64,000 bases of DNA from Candidatus Bathyarchaeia archaeon (lineage in GTDB: Archaea; Thermoproteota; Bathyarchaeia; Bathyarchaeales; Bathycorpusculaceae): assembly GCA_037481775.1 (NCBI GenBank), contig JBBFKZ010000001.1:160001-224000 (forward strand), read 5' to 3'. Within the stretch, counting starts at the first letter, position 1, and each line of letters opens with the position of its first letter. The notes beneath the pieces were generated by a model. That model was not told where the DNA came from. It made no database searches and saw nothing but the letters and a program-made list of their open reading frames with translations. Shown in pieces: positions 1-9,000 of the stretch. The position numbers and the translations under genes were made by a program.

Positions 1-199
1 CCAAAGCTCATCTGGAAATTCATCCAGAACCTGAAAACGTGATGTCAGATTGTTTAGGCTGAGGGCGTCTGCGTTTGCAACGCTTGATTACCGCTACAGC
101 AACAATCACCACTGCAGCAAGATTATGACGCTTTTGGCGGAATCATAGGAACATGTATTAGGCACGGTGACTGAATAATGCTTAGAGATGCTTTGATTT

Positions 200-793
200 A
201 TGGCTAAGACATTAATTGTTTATGGCACTCGCTATGGGGCAACAGCCCGAACAGCAGAAGATGTTGCGGCAACTCTTCGTAGTGAAGGCTTAAGCGTTGA
301 AGTGGTTGACTTGAAAAAGGGCAAAGTAGCGGACATAGCCGAGTACAACCTCATCATTGTCGGTAGCGGGATCCAAATAAACAAGTGGACTGGCGAAGCG
401 CAGAAGTTCCTGAAAAAGTTTCAGAAAGAACTAAAGAACAAGAAGGTCGCGTTATTCGTTTGCTGCGGCAGCGCAGAGCCAATAGATGACAAAGCGGACA
501 AAGCCCAGTCGATAGCGGATGCCAGACGAAAATATCTGGAGAAGAAAGCCGCTGAATACCATCTTCAACCCGTCGCTTTAGGCTTGTTCGGCGGAGTCTA
601 CAACTTCAACAAGGTGTCCTGGCTGTTTGGCAGATTCATGCAGGCGGTGAAGCCGCAGCTAGAAAAAGCTAGTGTGCCCCAAACGGAACCCGGCCTCTAC
701 GACACAAGAGACTTAAGCGCCATACGCAGCTGGGCAAAAGAACTCGCCCAAAGAAGCAATTATCAGCGTAGTGGCGGGCCCGCTGGGATTTGA
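200..793 (+). CDS. Flavodoxin-domain protein (HemG/flavodoxin_5-like)
   Basis: N-terminal FMN loop IVYGTRYGAT, IIVGSGI and VALFVCC; C-terminal YDTRD..AIRSWA. The stop lies inside the antisense tRNA-Arg. Confidence 0.85.
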   Translation: MAKTLIVYGTRYGATARTAEDVAATLRSEGLSVEVVDLKKGKVADIAEYNLIIVGSGIQINKWTGEAQKFLKKFQKELKNKKVALFVCCGSAEPIDDKADKAQSIADARRKYLEKKAAEYHLQPVALGLFGGVYNFNKVSWLFGRFMQAVKPQLEKASVPQTEPGLYDTRDLSAIRSWAKELAQRSNYQRSGGPAGI

Positions 794-869
794 ACCCAGG
801 TTCTTCGGCTTTCCCCCGCACAAGAGCGCCCGGAGGCCGACGCCTTAATCCGTGCTGGGCTACGGGCCC
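772..869 (-). tRNA. tRNA-Arg(CCG) with 19-nt intron at 37/38 (811..829), CCA encoded
   Basis: Minus strand GGGCCCG...CGGGCCC-G-CCA acceptor stem, TTCAAAT T-loop, anticodon stem TCGGC/GCCGA with loop CT-CCG-G|A. The intron GCGCTCTTGTGCGGGGGAA forms a canonical bulge-helix-bulge. Confidence 0.95.
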
Positions 870-926
870 ACCCTTTCAAGGCAAAATGCGCTGCAGGAGA
901 TTTAAACTTGACCGCGCCGGAAAGGG

Positions 927-1442
927 CTATTCTTGCGTTAACTCTTCGTTTATCCACCAAGCTTTTTTCTTTCCAGACTTTTCTCCCGCGTAATATTCGA
1001 TTACCGCTTTGCCCAGCTGCCTCTTAGAGTTTCTCTGCATCTTCCGCAGCCTGTTCAGCACAAGCCACCTGTTAGTCTTCAGATACTCCGCAAGCTCCGG
1101 CGTGGTTGCGCCCTTATAATGCAAAAGGTAATCCACTATTTTATGGTCTATTTCGTCAAGACAGAAGGCATGCGGATTAACCCGTCCATGCTCGTATGTG
1201 AGAAGCTCCAAGTCTGCAAGATACTTCTTGATTTCGGATAACTGCTGCTCGATTGCATCCATGCGCTTCTCTAACGCGAGAAGCTTATCAGGTCTAGGCG
1301 TTTTCTGCAGCTTTTCCATTATGGCTTCTCTGATAAAGTCGCTTCGATCACCTTCAGGAACGCGCAGGATTAGCTCTTGATAAACTTCTTCAGGGATCTT
1401 CGCCGAAATCACCCTAAGTTCGCTCACCGCAATCACACTCAA
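927..1442 (-). CDS. Putative DNA-binding protein: ribbon-helix-helix + coiled coil + winged HTH
   Basis: RVISAKIPEEVYQEL...DRSDFIREAI (RHH pattern), a heptad region, then LDEIDHKIVDYL...ATTPELAEYLKTNRWLVLNRLRKM (wHTH). True start is possibly the GTG near 1427. Confidence 0.7.
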   Translation of the reverse strand: MSVIAVSELRVISAKIPEEVYQELILRVPEGDRSDFIREAIMEKLQKTPRPDKLLALEKRMDAIEQQLSEIKKYLADLELLTYEHGRVNPHAFCLDEIDHKIVDYLLHYKGATTPELAEYLKTNRWLVLNRLRKMQRNSKRQLGKAVIEYYAGEKSGKKKAWWINEELTQE

Positions 1443-1505
1443 ACAAATGAGTATGCCCGTCTTATTATTTCATGGTTTCTACAATCGTTTTTCTCTAAAC
1501 ATCTG

Positions 1506-1520
1506 AAAAGCTTAAATGTA
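1506..1520 (+). promoter_or_regulatory. Putative BRE/TATA for fbp
   Basis: GAAAAG-CTTAAAT about 35-45 nt upstream of the probable TTG start at 1552. Confidence 0.4.
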
Positions 1521-1551
1521 TTGGATCGGCGCTTTAAATCAGGGTTGGGTA

Positions 1552-2670
1552 TTGCCAAAAGTTACCATATCCCTAATCAAGTGTGATATCGGCTCGTTGG
1601 CTGGACACCATATTGTTCCCAAACCCATATTTGACATCGCGGAGAAAAGCCTCAAAAAAGCAACAGAAAACCGCATCATAAACAGTTTTTACGTTTTCAA
1701 CGCAGGCGACGATCTCGAACTGCTCATGGTGCATGAAAAAGGCGAACAAAACGCGGAAATTCACGGGCTCGCTTGGGAAACATTTAAGGAGTGCGCCAAC
1801 AAAGCTGCACAGTTAAAGCTCTACGCTGCAGGCCAAGATCTTTTGAAAAACGCTTTCAGCGGGAACATTCGAGGGATGGGCCCGGGCGTTGCAGAAATGG
1901 AGATAGAAGAACGAACTTCTGATCCAATCGTGGTTTTCGCAGCTGACAAAACATCTGCTGGCTCATTTAACTATCCTCTCTTTCGTATATTCGCCGATCC
2001 AATGAACACTGCTGGCCTCGTTATTGATCCAAACATGATTTGTGGCTTCAAATTCGAAGTTATAGACACGTTGGAAAACAAATCTATAATCCTTAAATGC
2101 CCCGAAGAAATTTATGATTTGCTGGCTCTAATTGGCACAGTAGGACGTTATGTAATCTCTCGCGTCTGGAGAGCAAGTGACAACTTGATCTGCGCTGCAA
2201 GCAGCGTAAGTAAGCTTTCATTAATAGCTGGAAAATACGTGGGCAAAGATGATCCAGTAATGATTACTCGGGCGCAGCATGGCCTTCCTGCTGTCGGCGA
2301 AATCTTGGCGCCTTTTATGCATAGCTACTTTGTGCAAGGTTGGATGCGAGGTAGCCACTGGGGGCCAATAATGCCCGTAGGAATGAAATCATCAAAATGT
2401 ACTGCTTTTGATGGTCCACCAAGAATAGTTGCCTTAGGCTTTCAAGTGGCGAATGGTCGAATTTCATGCGATGATGAAGGGAACCCGCTTATCGCGGACT
2501 TGTTCGATGATCCAGCGTTTTCATTGGCAAGGCGTGAGGCTATGCGTAACGCTTGTATGTTACGGAATATGGGTGAATTTGAGCCTGCACGTTTAAGTGC
2601 TGAAGACATGGAGTACACGACAATACAGCAAGTTCTGGAAAAACTCGGGAAGCGCTTCAAACCTCTTTGA
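1552..2670 (+). CDS. fbp: Fructose-1,6-bisphosphate aldolase/phosphatase (class V FBPase)
   Basis: KVTISLIKCDIGSLAGH, AGDD, LYAAGQDLL, GNIRGMGPG, GKYVGKDDP (Schiff-base Lys/Tyr) and GWMRGSH. The ORF track starts at 1516; TTG at 1552 fits the family N-terminus. Confidence 0.95.
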   Translation: MPKVTISLIKCDIGSLAGHHIVPKPIFDIAEKSLKKATENRIINSFYVFNAGDDLELLMVHEKGEQNAEIHGLAWETFKECANKAAQLKLYAAGQDLLKNAFSGNIRGMGPGVAEMEIEERTSDPIVVFAADKTSAGSFNYPLFRIFADPMNTAGLVIDPNMICGFKFEVIDTLENKSIILKCPEEIYDLLALIGTVGRYVISRVWRASDNLICAASSVSKLSLIAGKYVGKDDPVMITRAQHGLPAVGEILAPFMHSYFVQGWMRGSHWGPIMPVGMKSSKCTAFDGPPRIVALGFQVANGRISCDDEGNPLIADLFDDPAFSLARREAMRNACMLRNMGEFEPARLSAEDMEYTTIQQVLEKLGKRFKPL

Positions 2671-2683
2671 AATTCCTGTGGAA

Positions 2684-3295
2684 TTAAGTCGACGGAACAG
2701 TGTGTTTGGCAAAGTTAGCTAATACTGTGCATCTGTTCTCGACAATCGCGTGGAGCCTTCTGCGCAGTTCTTCCCCAACTTTTTCCTTTGTTTTTAGCAA
2801 AGCTACTTTTTTCGAAAGCTCTACATCGCCTATGCCAGTGAACCAAGCTTCAAAATCTCCACGGCTCAAATGAAAATTTATGGATTCTTCATTAACTTTC
2901 AAAATTTTATCGCAAAAATCTTGAAGGCTGTCCGCAGAGATGTTTAACGGCTTCCCTATACCCGCATAAAAGTGAAATGATTTATCTGGCGGCATCTGCG
3001 ATAATAGTGCTTGCGCCTTCTCTTTGTCAATCTCGGGCACACCAAGTGCTTTTTTGCCTTTTTCCGTTATGACGTATAGCCCTTTTGCAGGTGATGCGAT
3101 GTATCCCATGCGCGTGAGCCATATTATGTGCATCATGACTGACGGAAAATCTTTCCCCAATTCCCTTGCTATGGACGCTGGTTTTTCTGGTTTATCAAGT
3201 AACAGCATAATCTCTAGTATCTCACATCTAACAGGCGACAAGCTCATAACTACAATACACCTTAGAGGTATATGTACATACAAACTAATCAACAT
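2684..3295 (-). CDS. Winged-HTH + DUF5752 domain protein
   Basis: N-terminal wHTH (PASIARELGKDFPSVMMHIIWLTRMGYI...YVITEKG). C-terminal FHFYAGIGKP...ADSLQDF...SINFHLSRGDFEAW is typical of DUF5752. Confidence 0.75.
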   Translation of the reverse strand: MLISLYVHIPLRCIVVMSLSPVRCEILEIMLLLDKPEKPASIARELGKDFPSVMMHIIWLTRMGYIASPAKGLYVITEKGKKALGVPEIDKEKAQALLSQMPPDKSFHFYAGIGKPLNISADSLQDFCDKILKVNEESINFHLSRGDFEAWFTGIGDVELSKKVALLKTKEKVGEELRRRLHAIVENRCTVLANFAKHTVPST

Positions 3296-3380
3296 TTCTT
3301 AATGTTTGCTGATTGAAGATAAGCAAAAGCTTTAGTATGGTGCTTTATAATGCTACAATGGAAAACGGTGAGCGCAAGGA

Positions 3381-4631
3381 ATGAAGATTGCCGTGCTGGT
3401 TTACGAGTATCCGCCTAAAATTGTTGGTGGATTAGGAACATATGCTGCTGAAATAACACGTAAATTTGTACTAATGGACCATGATGTAACTGTTTTTACG
3501 ATGAATGATGACTCGGGCTCTTTGCCTACACGAGAAATTTGGCGCGGCATAGAAATTCATCGACCGCTACACCTTGATGTTTCTGACTCATTACCCGATG
3601 TAATTGCTGAGGACATTAAAAAATGGGGCAGAGGTTTAACTTTATTCGGCAAGCTTCTTGTTTATAATTATCTAGCAGCGTCCAAGCTTATCAACGAGCT
3701 AATAAAAAAGGAAGGAATGAAGTACGATATCGTTGTGGCTCATGACTGGCTTTCAGTTATGGGCGGCGTCACAGTTAAAAAAGAAAGTGGCATGCCTTTA
3801 GCTTTTCATGTCCACTCAACTGAGAAAGGGCGAACTTTGGGGAATGGCTCAAGTGTGGTAAGTAACATTGAACTGCGAGGCGCTAAGATGGCCAACATGA
3901 TTGTCACAGTGTCTTATGCCATGAAGGATGAGCTAGTACAACTTGGGTTTCCATCAGAAAAAATTCACGTCTGCTATAATGGAGTTGATCCGCAAAAATA
4001 TGATCCTGCAAGCGTACCTGCAGAACAAGTCCGAAAAATCAGGGAACGTTACGGCATTAGAGATGGCGACATAATGATTCTTTTCATAGGAAGGCTTGTA
4101 GGCATAAAGGGTGTTGACAAGTTGATTATGGCTATGCCGCATGTCTTGTCCAAAATCCCCAACTCAAAGCTAGTAATAGTAGGCGTAGGCGACCTGCAAG
4201 AGTATCTGGTGAATTTAACCAGAACCATGCGGCTAGATGAACACGTAAAATTCTGTTTCGACTTCATTACTGAAGAAGAACGTATCGCACATTATGCTGC
4301 TTGCGACGTGGCGGTTTTCCCAAGCCATTATGAGCCTTTCGGCATTGTTGCTCTTGAAGCAATGAGCATGGAGAAACCTGTTGTTGTGGGTGCTGCTGGC
4401 GTCAGTGGAATGCGCGAAATAGTAGTTTGCAGTGGTGAAGAGCAATGCGGATACCATATAAATCCAAATAATCCCAACGACATTGCATGGGGAATAACAA
4501 GCGCTCTGGAAAATGCGGGAAAACGGGAATGGCTTGGAAAGAACGGCAGGAAAAGAGTCTTAAGCGAGTTTACTTGGAATAAAATTGCTGAAAAAACCAT
4601 TGAACTGTACGAGATGGTGCTTAAGCGCTGA
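3381..4631 (+). CDS. GT4 glycosyltransferase, glycogen-synthase-like
   Basis: YEYPPKIVGGLG, AHDW, HSTE, GRLVGIKG, PSHYEPFGIVALEAM. Confidence 0.9.
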   Translation: MKIAVLVYEYPPKIVGGLGTYAAEITRKFVLMDHDVTVFTMNDDSGSLPTREIWRGIEIHRPLHLDVSDSLPDVIAEDIKKWGRGLTLFGKLLVYNYLAASKLINELIKKEGMKYDIVVAHDWLSVMGGVTVKKESGMPLAFHVHSTEKGRTLGNGSSVVSNIELRGAKMANMIVTVSYAMKDELVQLGFPSEKIHVCYNGVDPQKYDPASVPAEQVRKIRERYGIRDGDIMILFIGRLVGIKGVDKLIMAMPHVLSKIPNSKLVIVGVGDLQEYLVNLTRTMRLDEHVKFCFDFITEEERIAHYAACDVAVFPSHYEPFGIVALEAMSMEKPVVVGAAGVSGMREIVVCSGEEQCGYHINPNNPNDIAWGITSALENAGKREWLGKNGRKRVLSEFTWNKIAEKTIELYEMVLKR

Positions 4632-4654
4632 ATGAGCTGGCGTATGGTGAAGCT

Positions 4655-5269
4655 TTGGACGCCAATTCGGACTTAAAGCGGAAGGCTGCTCAAGAAGCAG
4701 CAGCCCTACTATATTTTGGTATTGAAAAAGAGTATAAGCAAGCTAAATTGAAAGCTGCAAAAACTTTAGGCGTCCATTTTCTGCCATCCAACCTTGAAGT
4801 TGCTGTAGCGCTTGACAACATAGCTGAAGCGCTTGAAGGACCTGTTAGAAAAGAGCGGTTAATCCATATGCGCAGTGAAGCCCTAAAAGTAATGGAGGCC
4901 CTCAAGGGCTATCAGCCTCTCTTGATTGGCAGTGTTTGGCGCGGCACTATCCGCAGAGAAAGCGACATCGACATAGCTGTGTACCATGATGCCCCAGATG
5001 AAGTTCTAAGAGTTCTCAAGAGTAATGGCATGAAGATTGTTAAAACTGAACGCGTCACCACAACTAAAAAAGGCAAACCTGAAGAGTCCTTTCACATATA
5101 CGTTGAGACTTCAAGTAAGCAAAGAATTGAACTGGTTGTTAGAAAATCGGAAGAGGTAAACCGCAAAAGAAAATGTGAGATTTTTGGAGATGAACTTAAA
5201 GGCCTTAACATCCAAGAGTTGAAGCGTTTACTCAAAGAAAATCCTGTGGAAAAATTTATCCCGACATGA
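4655..5269 (+). CDS. Nucleotidyltransferase-domain protein (Pol-beta superfamily)
   Basis: LIGSVWRG...ESDIDI (hG[GS]...DxD motif) after an N-terminal helical AAALLY...EYKQAKLKAA segment. Confidence 0.8.
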   Translation: MDANSDLKRKAAQEAAALLYFGIEKEYKQAKLKAAKTLGVHFLPSNLEVAVALDNIAEALEGPVRKERLIHMRSEALKVMEALKGYQPLLIGSVWRGTIRRESDIDIAVYHDAPDEVLRVLKSNGMKIVKTERVTTTKKGKPEESFHIYVETSSKQRIELVVRKSEEVNRKRKCEIFGDELKGLNIQELKRLLKENPVEKFIPT

Positions 5270-5365
5270 CATTGTTGTGTTTCATTTTCTGCTACTTGTG
5301 TTGCTGCTTTAGCGTTTTCCTTGAAAAAGGCACATAAGTGCGTGTTGCTATAGGTATCTGTAGCA

Positions 5366-5737
5366 TTGTTGCTCTTGAGGGTTAAACCTGTGGAGATTGA
5401 TAAAAAGTCGTTTAAAAAGATGTTTCCGCATTTGGCAAAAGAACTTGAAGGCGGAGAAAGCAAGATTGCAATAGGCGCTGTAAGAACCGATTCAGATGTC
5501 GCTGAAAAATCGATGGATGACAAGTTTCGCAATTATAACCCTACTGTCATCGACTTTATACGGCGTTGCGATACAGAAGAACAAGCAGAAGCAATAATCG
5601 CGTATTTGGAAAAAAGGGGCGAGTTAACTCCGGAATATGCTGAAAAACTGCGAAAGCAGCTGAAGCAGGAAGGCGTACGAAGCTTCGGTTCCAAAAAGGA
5701 AGAGAATTACTATTTTAAGCAGGGTGGGCTCTGCTAA
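5366..5737 (+). CDS. DUF2095 family protein
   Basis: FKKMFPHLAKEL, YNPTVIDFIRRCDT and GVRSFGSKKE..YYF are typical of this archaeal family. Start is uncertain. Confidence 0.75.
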   Translation: MLLLRVKPVEIDKKSFKKMFPHLAKELEGGESKIAIGAVRTDSDVAEKSMDDKFRNYNPTVIDFIRRCDTEEQAEAIIAYLEKRGELTPEYAEKLRKQLKQEGVRSFGSKKEENYYFKQGGLC

Positions 5738-5851
5738 ACGTACTCATATCATGGGGGAAATCCATTATGACAAAAAAGCGCTTAGAGTTATTGCAAATGA
5801 TTTAATAGTTTTTCTGACGCAGATAGAAAAGGCGGAGGTAAGCAGACACTC

Positions 5852-6904
5852 ATGGGTAAGGTGGATAAAGATGCTTTTGCTTCTGAATTTTACAGTCGAC
5901 AGATAATCCTAAAGGAGTTAGGCTGGATCGGGCAGCGCAAACTTGCTAAGGCAAAAGTCGCCGTTGTAGGCGTAGGCGGTTTAGGCACGGCTTCCTCGCT
6001 TTACTTGGCACTTGCCGGTGTTGGACATCTACGTTTGATAGACCAAGATACTGTGGAAATGCCTAATCTGCACCGTCAGATCTTATACAGTATGGACGAT
6101 CTGCATTACCCTAAGGTGGAAGTGGCTGCTAAACGGTTAATGAAGCTTAACCCGCTCTTGAAGGCAGAGCCAATATCGGAGAATGTGAACCCAAGTAATG
6201 TTGAAAGGCTTTTGTCTGGCGTGGACCTCGTCGTCGACGGCTTGGATAACATGTTTACCCGTTATTTACTCAACCGCGCATGCATCAAACTGGGCATTCC
6301 TTATGTTTTCGGCGCAGCCATAGGCATAGAAGGCAACCTCTCAGTTTTCATGCCTCCCGAAACTGGCTGTTTAGAATGCTTGTTGCCGAGCCTGTCTGAT
6401 GCCGACTTGCTGACGTGTGACACGCGCGGTGTTCTAGGCGCCACCCCTGGAATAATCGGTACCATGCAAGCCATGGAAGCAATAAAAATATTAACGGGCA
6501 TGGGCTCGCCTCTTAAGGGTAAGCTTCTGATTTGCGACTTTAACGATATGTATTTCACCACGGTTGAAACATCAAAAGCTGCTAACTGCCCCGCTTGTCA
6601 AGGCACTTTGGAACAGCTGGCGCAGCATGCAAAGCTGGTTTGGCTTTGCGGTCGGGACACTGTAAATGTTAACCCTGAGAAGCCGTTAAAGCTGAACCTT
6701 AACGAAGTTTACGAGAAAGTGAGGCAAAAATTCAACGTTCGCCTGAAGTCTCATCTCGCCATAATTTTCGATTACGAAAATTTGGAGGTAAGTTTGTTCA
6801 ACGGTGGGCGCATGCTTATAAAAAATGTTAAAGACGAAAAGGCAGCGCTGAAAACGTATCAAAAAATCCTTGAAAAACTGGATATAACCCAATACACGTC
6901 GTAG
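5852..6904 (+). CDS. HesA/MoeB/ThiF E1-like adenylyltransferase
   Basis: YSRQ, GVGGLG, DQDTVEMPNLHRQ, CLEC/CPAC zinc sites and TCDTRGVLG catalytic Cys. Confidence 0.92.
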   Translation: MGKVDKDAFASEFYSRQIILKELGWIGQRKLAKAKVAVVGVGGLGTASSLYLALAGVGHLRLIDQDTVEMPNLHRQILYSMDDLHYPKVEVAAKRLMKLNPLLKAEPISENVNPSNVERLLSGVDLVVDGLDNMFTRYLLNRACIKLGIPYVFGAAIGIEGNLSVFMPPETGCLECLLPSLSDADLLTCDTRGVLGATPGIIGTMQAMEAIKILTGMGSPLKGKLLICDFNDMYFTTVETSKAANCPACQGTLEQLAQHAKLVWLCGRDTVNVNPEKPLKLNLNEVYEKVRQKFNVRLKSHLAIIFDYENLEVSLFNGGRMLIKNVKDEKAALKTYQKILEKLDITQYTS

Positions 6905-7021
6905 GGGCGCGGTTGCCTAACTTTTGTGTTAAATCTCTGCTTCAGGAATGAGAAATAAACTATAGAATAGCCATATAAAGAAAAGGAACGCGTCAACGGC
7001 GCGATTGCTGTAAAGTGGTGT

Positions 7022-7204
7022 TTACTCTATTACCTGAATTGCGCCTTGCGGGCATTGGGCTTCGCATGCACGGCAGACTAGGCATTCGCTGACGTTAACT
7101 GGGACGGATTTGCCGTCTTTTATCTCATAGACGCTGACCGGGCAAGTGTTAACGCAGGTTTCGCATCCGTTGCATTTGTCATTATCAACTACTATCTTTA
7201 CCAT
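7022..7204 (-). CDS. 2x[4Fe-4S] ferredoxin
   Basis: Two CxxCxxCxxxCP motifs (CNGCETCVNTCP; CLVCRACEAQCP). Confidence 0.95.
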   Translation of the reverse strand: MVKIVVDNDKCNGCETCVNTCPVSVYEIKDGKSVPVNVSECLVCRACEAQCPQGAIQVIE

Positions 7205-7266
7205 TTCACATACCTCTTGTAAGTTTGATTCAAACGCTACAAGTAAAATAAAAGTGTTTAGGTCGA

Positions 7267-9000
7267 TTAGCGAATTTCTTCACGTAGTCTAAGAAGAATT
7301 CCGTTGATTGTTGCCTCAGCTTTTTCTTTCCGCCGCTGATAATCCGCAATTGCTTTCTTGTACTCTTCCAACGGAAGTTCTCCTCTACTGTGGCGAACCT
7401 CCACTGTTCTCAAATTAGCTGAGATTTCAACAAGTTCTGCTTCTGCAATATCCAGCTGCCTAACCGAATCAGCATAAACCCCGCCGGCGCTGCGGAAAAC
7501 AGCCTTTAACTCAGCTATGTTCTTGTTTAGCGTGTCTATGCGGGTTTCCAGAGTTTTCCGTTGCACCTTGTATCGGCGCCTTGGAATCTTGCCCTTTTGC
7601 GCTCTTTCTTCAAGAAGCTTCAGTTCCAAGACTAACTTGTTTTTCTCTTCATATGCATCATTGAAGGCTCTTAATTGATCTGGACTGAGAATTACAGAAG
7701 CTTTTGGTGTTGCCACTCTTGGCGGTGCCGCAGCTTTGGGTCTTATTTTCCAGACAGCTAGAATCATGGCTCCAACCGCTGCTAAAGTCCACATCCACAT
7801 AGTAGGCCTAAAAGACGCCCAAAGTGGATTATAATCATATTTGATCTGCACAGTGTCTTCAGAAGGAACAGCGCTCTCTATGTTGCTGACTCCTTCTCTG
7901 TTAATTGTCAGCGTTTCTTGAAAGGCTTCTCTGGTTAAACTTGAGGATGGCTCTATTTCTGAGTACTGTGGCTCTATAAACTTCGCTCCTTCAGGGAGAA
8001 CAAAGTTAACGGTGACCTTGTCAATGTAGCAATTGAGATTGGGGAATAGATCAAAGTTCAAAGTGAAATGCGTTTGCTCAGAAGATACCTGGGGCAAAGT
8101 ATAATCCGCTGATAGGAATGTTGCTGTGCCGCTGTTTAGAGGCGAGGCTAACGTAGCAGTGACAAAGGACGCGTTTGCATCATCGGTTTGAGTGCTGACG
8201 ATCAAGTTTCTGCCGAATTCGTCACTTACAGCAATGTTTGAAGCCGCAGGCGGTAAGCCTATCTTAATAGAACTAATGCTACTTGTCGAGTTATTTACGA
8301 TGCGATATTTGTCCGAGACTGTTATGCCGCCGGCGGCGTTTATCGTAACTTGGCGAGTTAGCTGTTTCACGTTAATTATTTGAATGCTGCCGGAGCTTAA
8401 GGAAAAAGTTGCTGTTGCTGGCGAATAAGTGAATGCAGCTAAATTGTGCTTAACAAAGCTCGCTGTTTGAACTTCGCCGTCATTTTTTGTTATGGTAATA
8501 TTTTGGGCATCTTCAGGTAAAACAAGAGTAACCTCACAGCTGGCCGCATCCTTCACGAGACTGGGGTAGGCTGGAAAATCCAGCGTAAAATTGTTATAAT
8601 TTTGAGTGATAAGGCTGTTCGAGAGAATGAATGCTACGGTAAAAACTTGAGGCGCGCCCTGTGGAAAACTTATTTTTGCACCGTAAAAGCCACTTTGGCC
8701 TTCCAACTGCACGCCAAGGCTCATGGGAAAAACATTGTTGTCGTCATAGGCTATGCCTTTGAGAATGTACGCGCCGTATTTGTATGGGACGCCTATTAGG
8801 AAGTCGCCTGTTAATTGTCCAGTTAATCGCACTTTGTCCCTTATAATTACGTGGCCAGAGTACAAGACTTCAACTTGGTGATCAATCTGTTGTATGGTGT
8901 ATGTGGCTTCTTGAGACAAAACAGCTTGCGTGTTAAATGAAGACAATAGAACCGCAAGTGAAAAAATCATCAGCACTATTGTGGTAGTAGTTCTCTTCAC
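7267..9000 (-). CDS. Ribophorin I (OST1/RPN1)-like single-pass membrane protein
   Basis: Signal peptide, ~370-aa beta-rich ectodomain with LTRQVTINAAGGITVSD, GLPPAASNIAVSDEFG and IDKVTVNFVLPEGAK, one TM helix and a C-terminal helical domain. Confidence 0.65.
   Translation of the reverse strand: MKRTTTTIVLMIFSLAVLLSSFNTQAVLSQEATYTIQQIDHQVEVLYSGHVIIRDKVRLTGQLTGDFLIGVPYKYGAYILKGIAYDDNNVFPMSLGVQLEGQSGFYGAKISFPQGAPQVFTVAFILSNSLITQNYNNFTLDFPAYPSLVKDAASCEVTLVLPEDAQNITITKNDGEVQTASFVKHNLAAFTYSPATATFSLSSGSIQIINVKQLTRQVTINAAGGITVSDKYRIVNNSTSSISSIKIGLPPAASNIAVSDEFGRNLIVSTQTDDANASFVTATLASPLNSGTATFLSADYTLPQVSSEQTHFTLNFDLFPNLNCYIDKVTVNFVLPEGAKFIEPQYSEIEPSSSLTREAFQETLTINREGVSNIESAVPSEDTVQIKYDYNPLWASFRPTMWMWTLAAVGAMILAVWKIRPKAAAPPRVATPKASVILSPDQLRAFNDAYEEKNKLVLELKLLEERAQKGKIPRRRYKVQRKTLETRIDTLNKNIAELKAVFRSAGGVYADSVRQLDIAEAELVEISANLRTVEVRHSRGELPLEEYKKAIADYQRRKEKAEATINGILLRLREEIR

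Noticed and set aside
1-175. Possible frameshifted 5' end of a minus-strand secreted protein
   Set aside because: Hydrophobic pieces fall in different frames and the window edge prevents assessment.
4655-6904. CBASS-like defence operon (NTase + E1)
   Set aside because: The NTase is short and of a common archaeal type; there is no E2, JAB or effector; the context is core genome.
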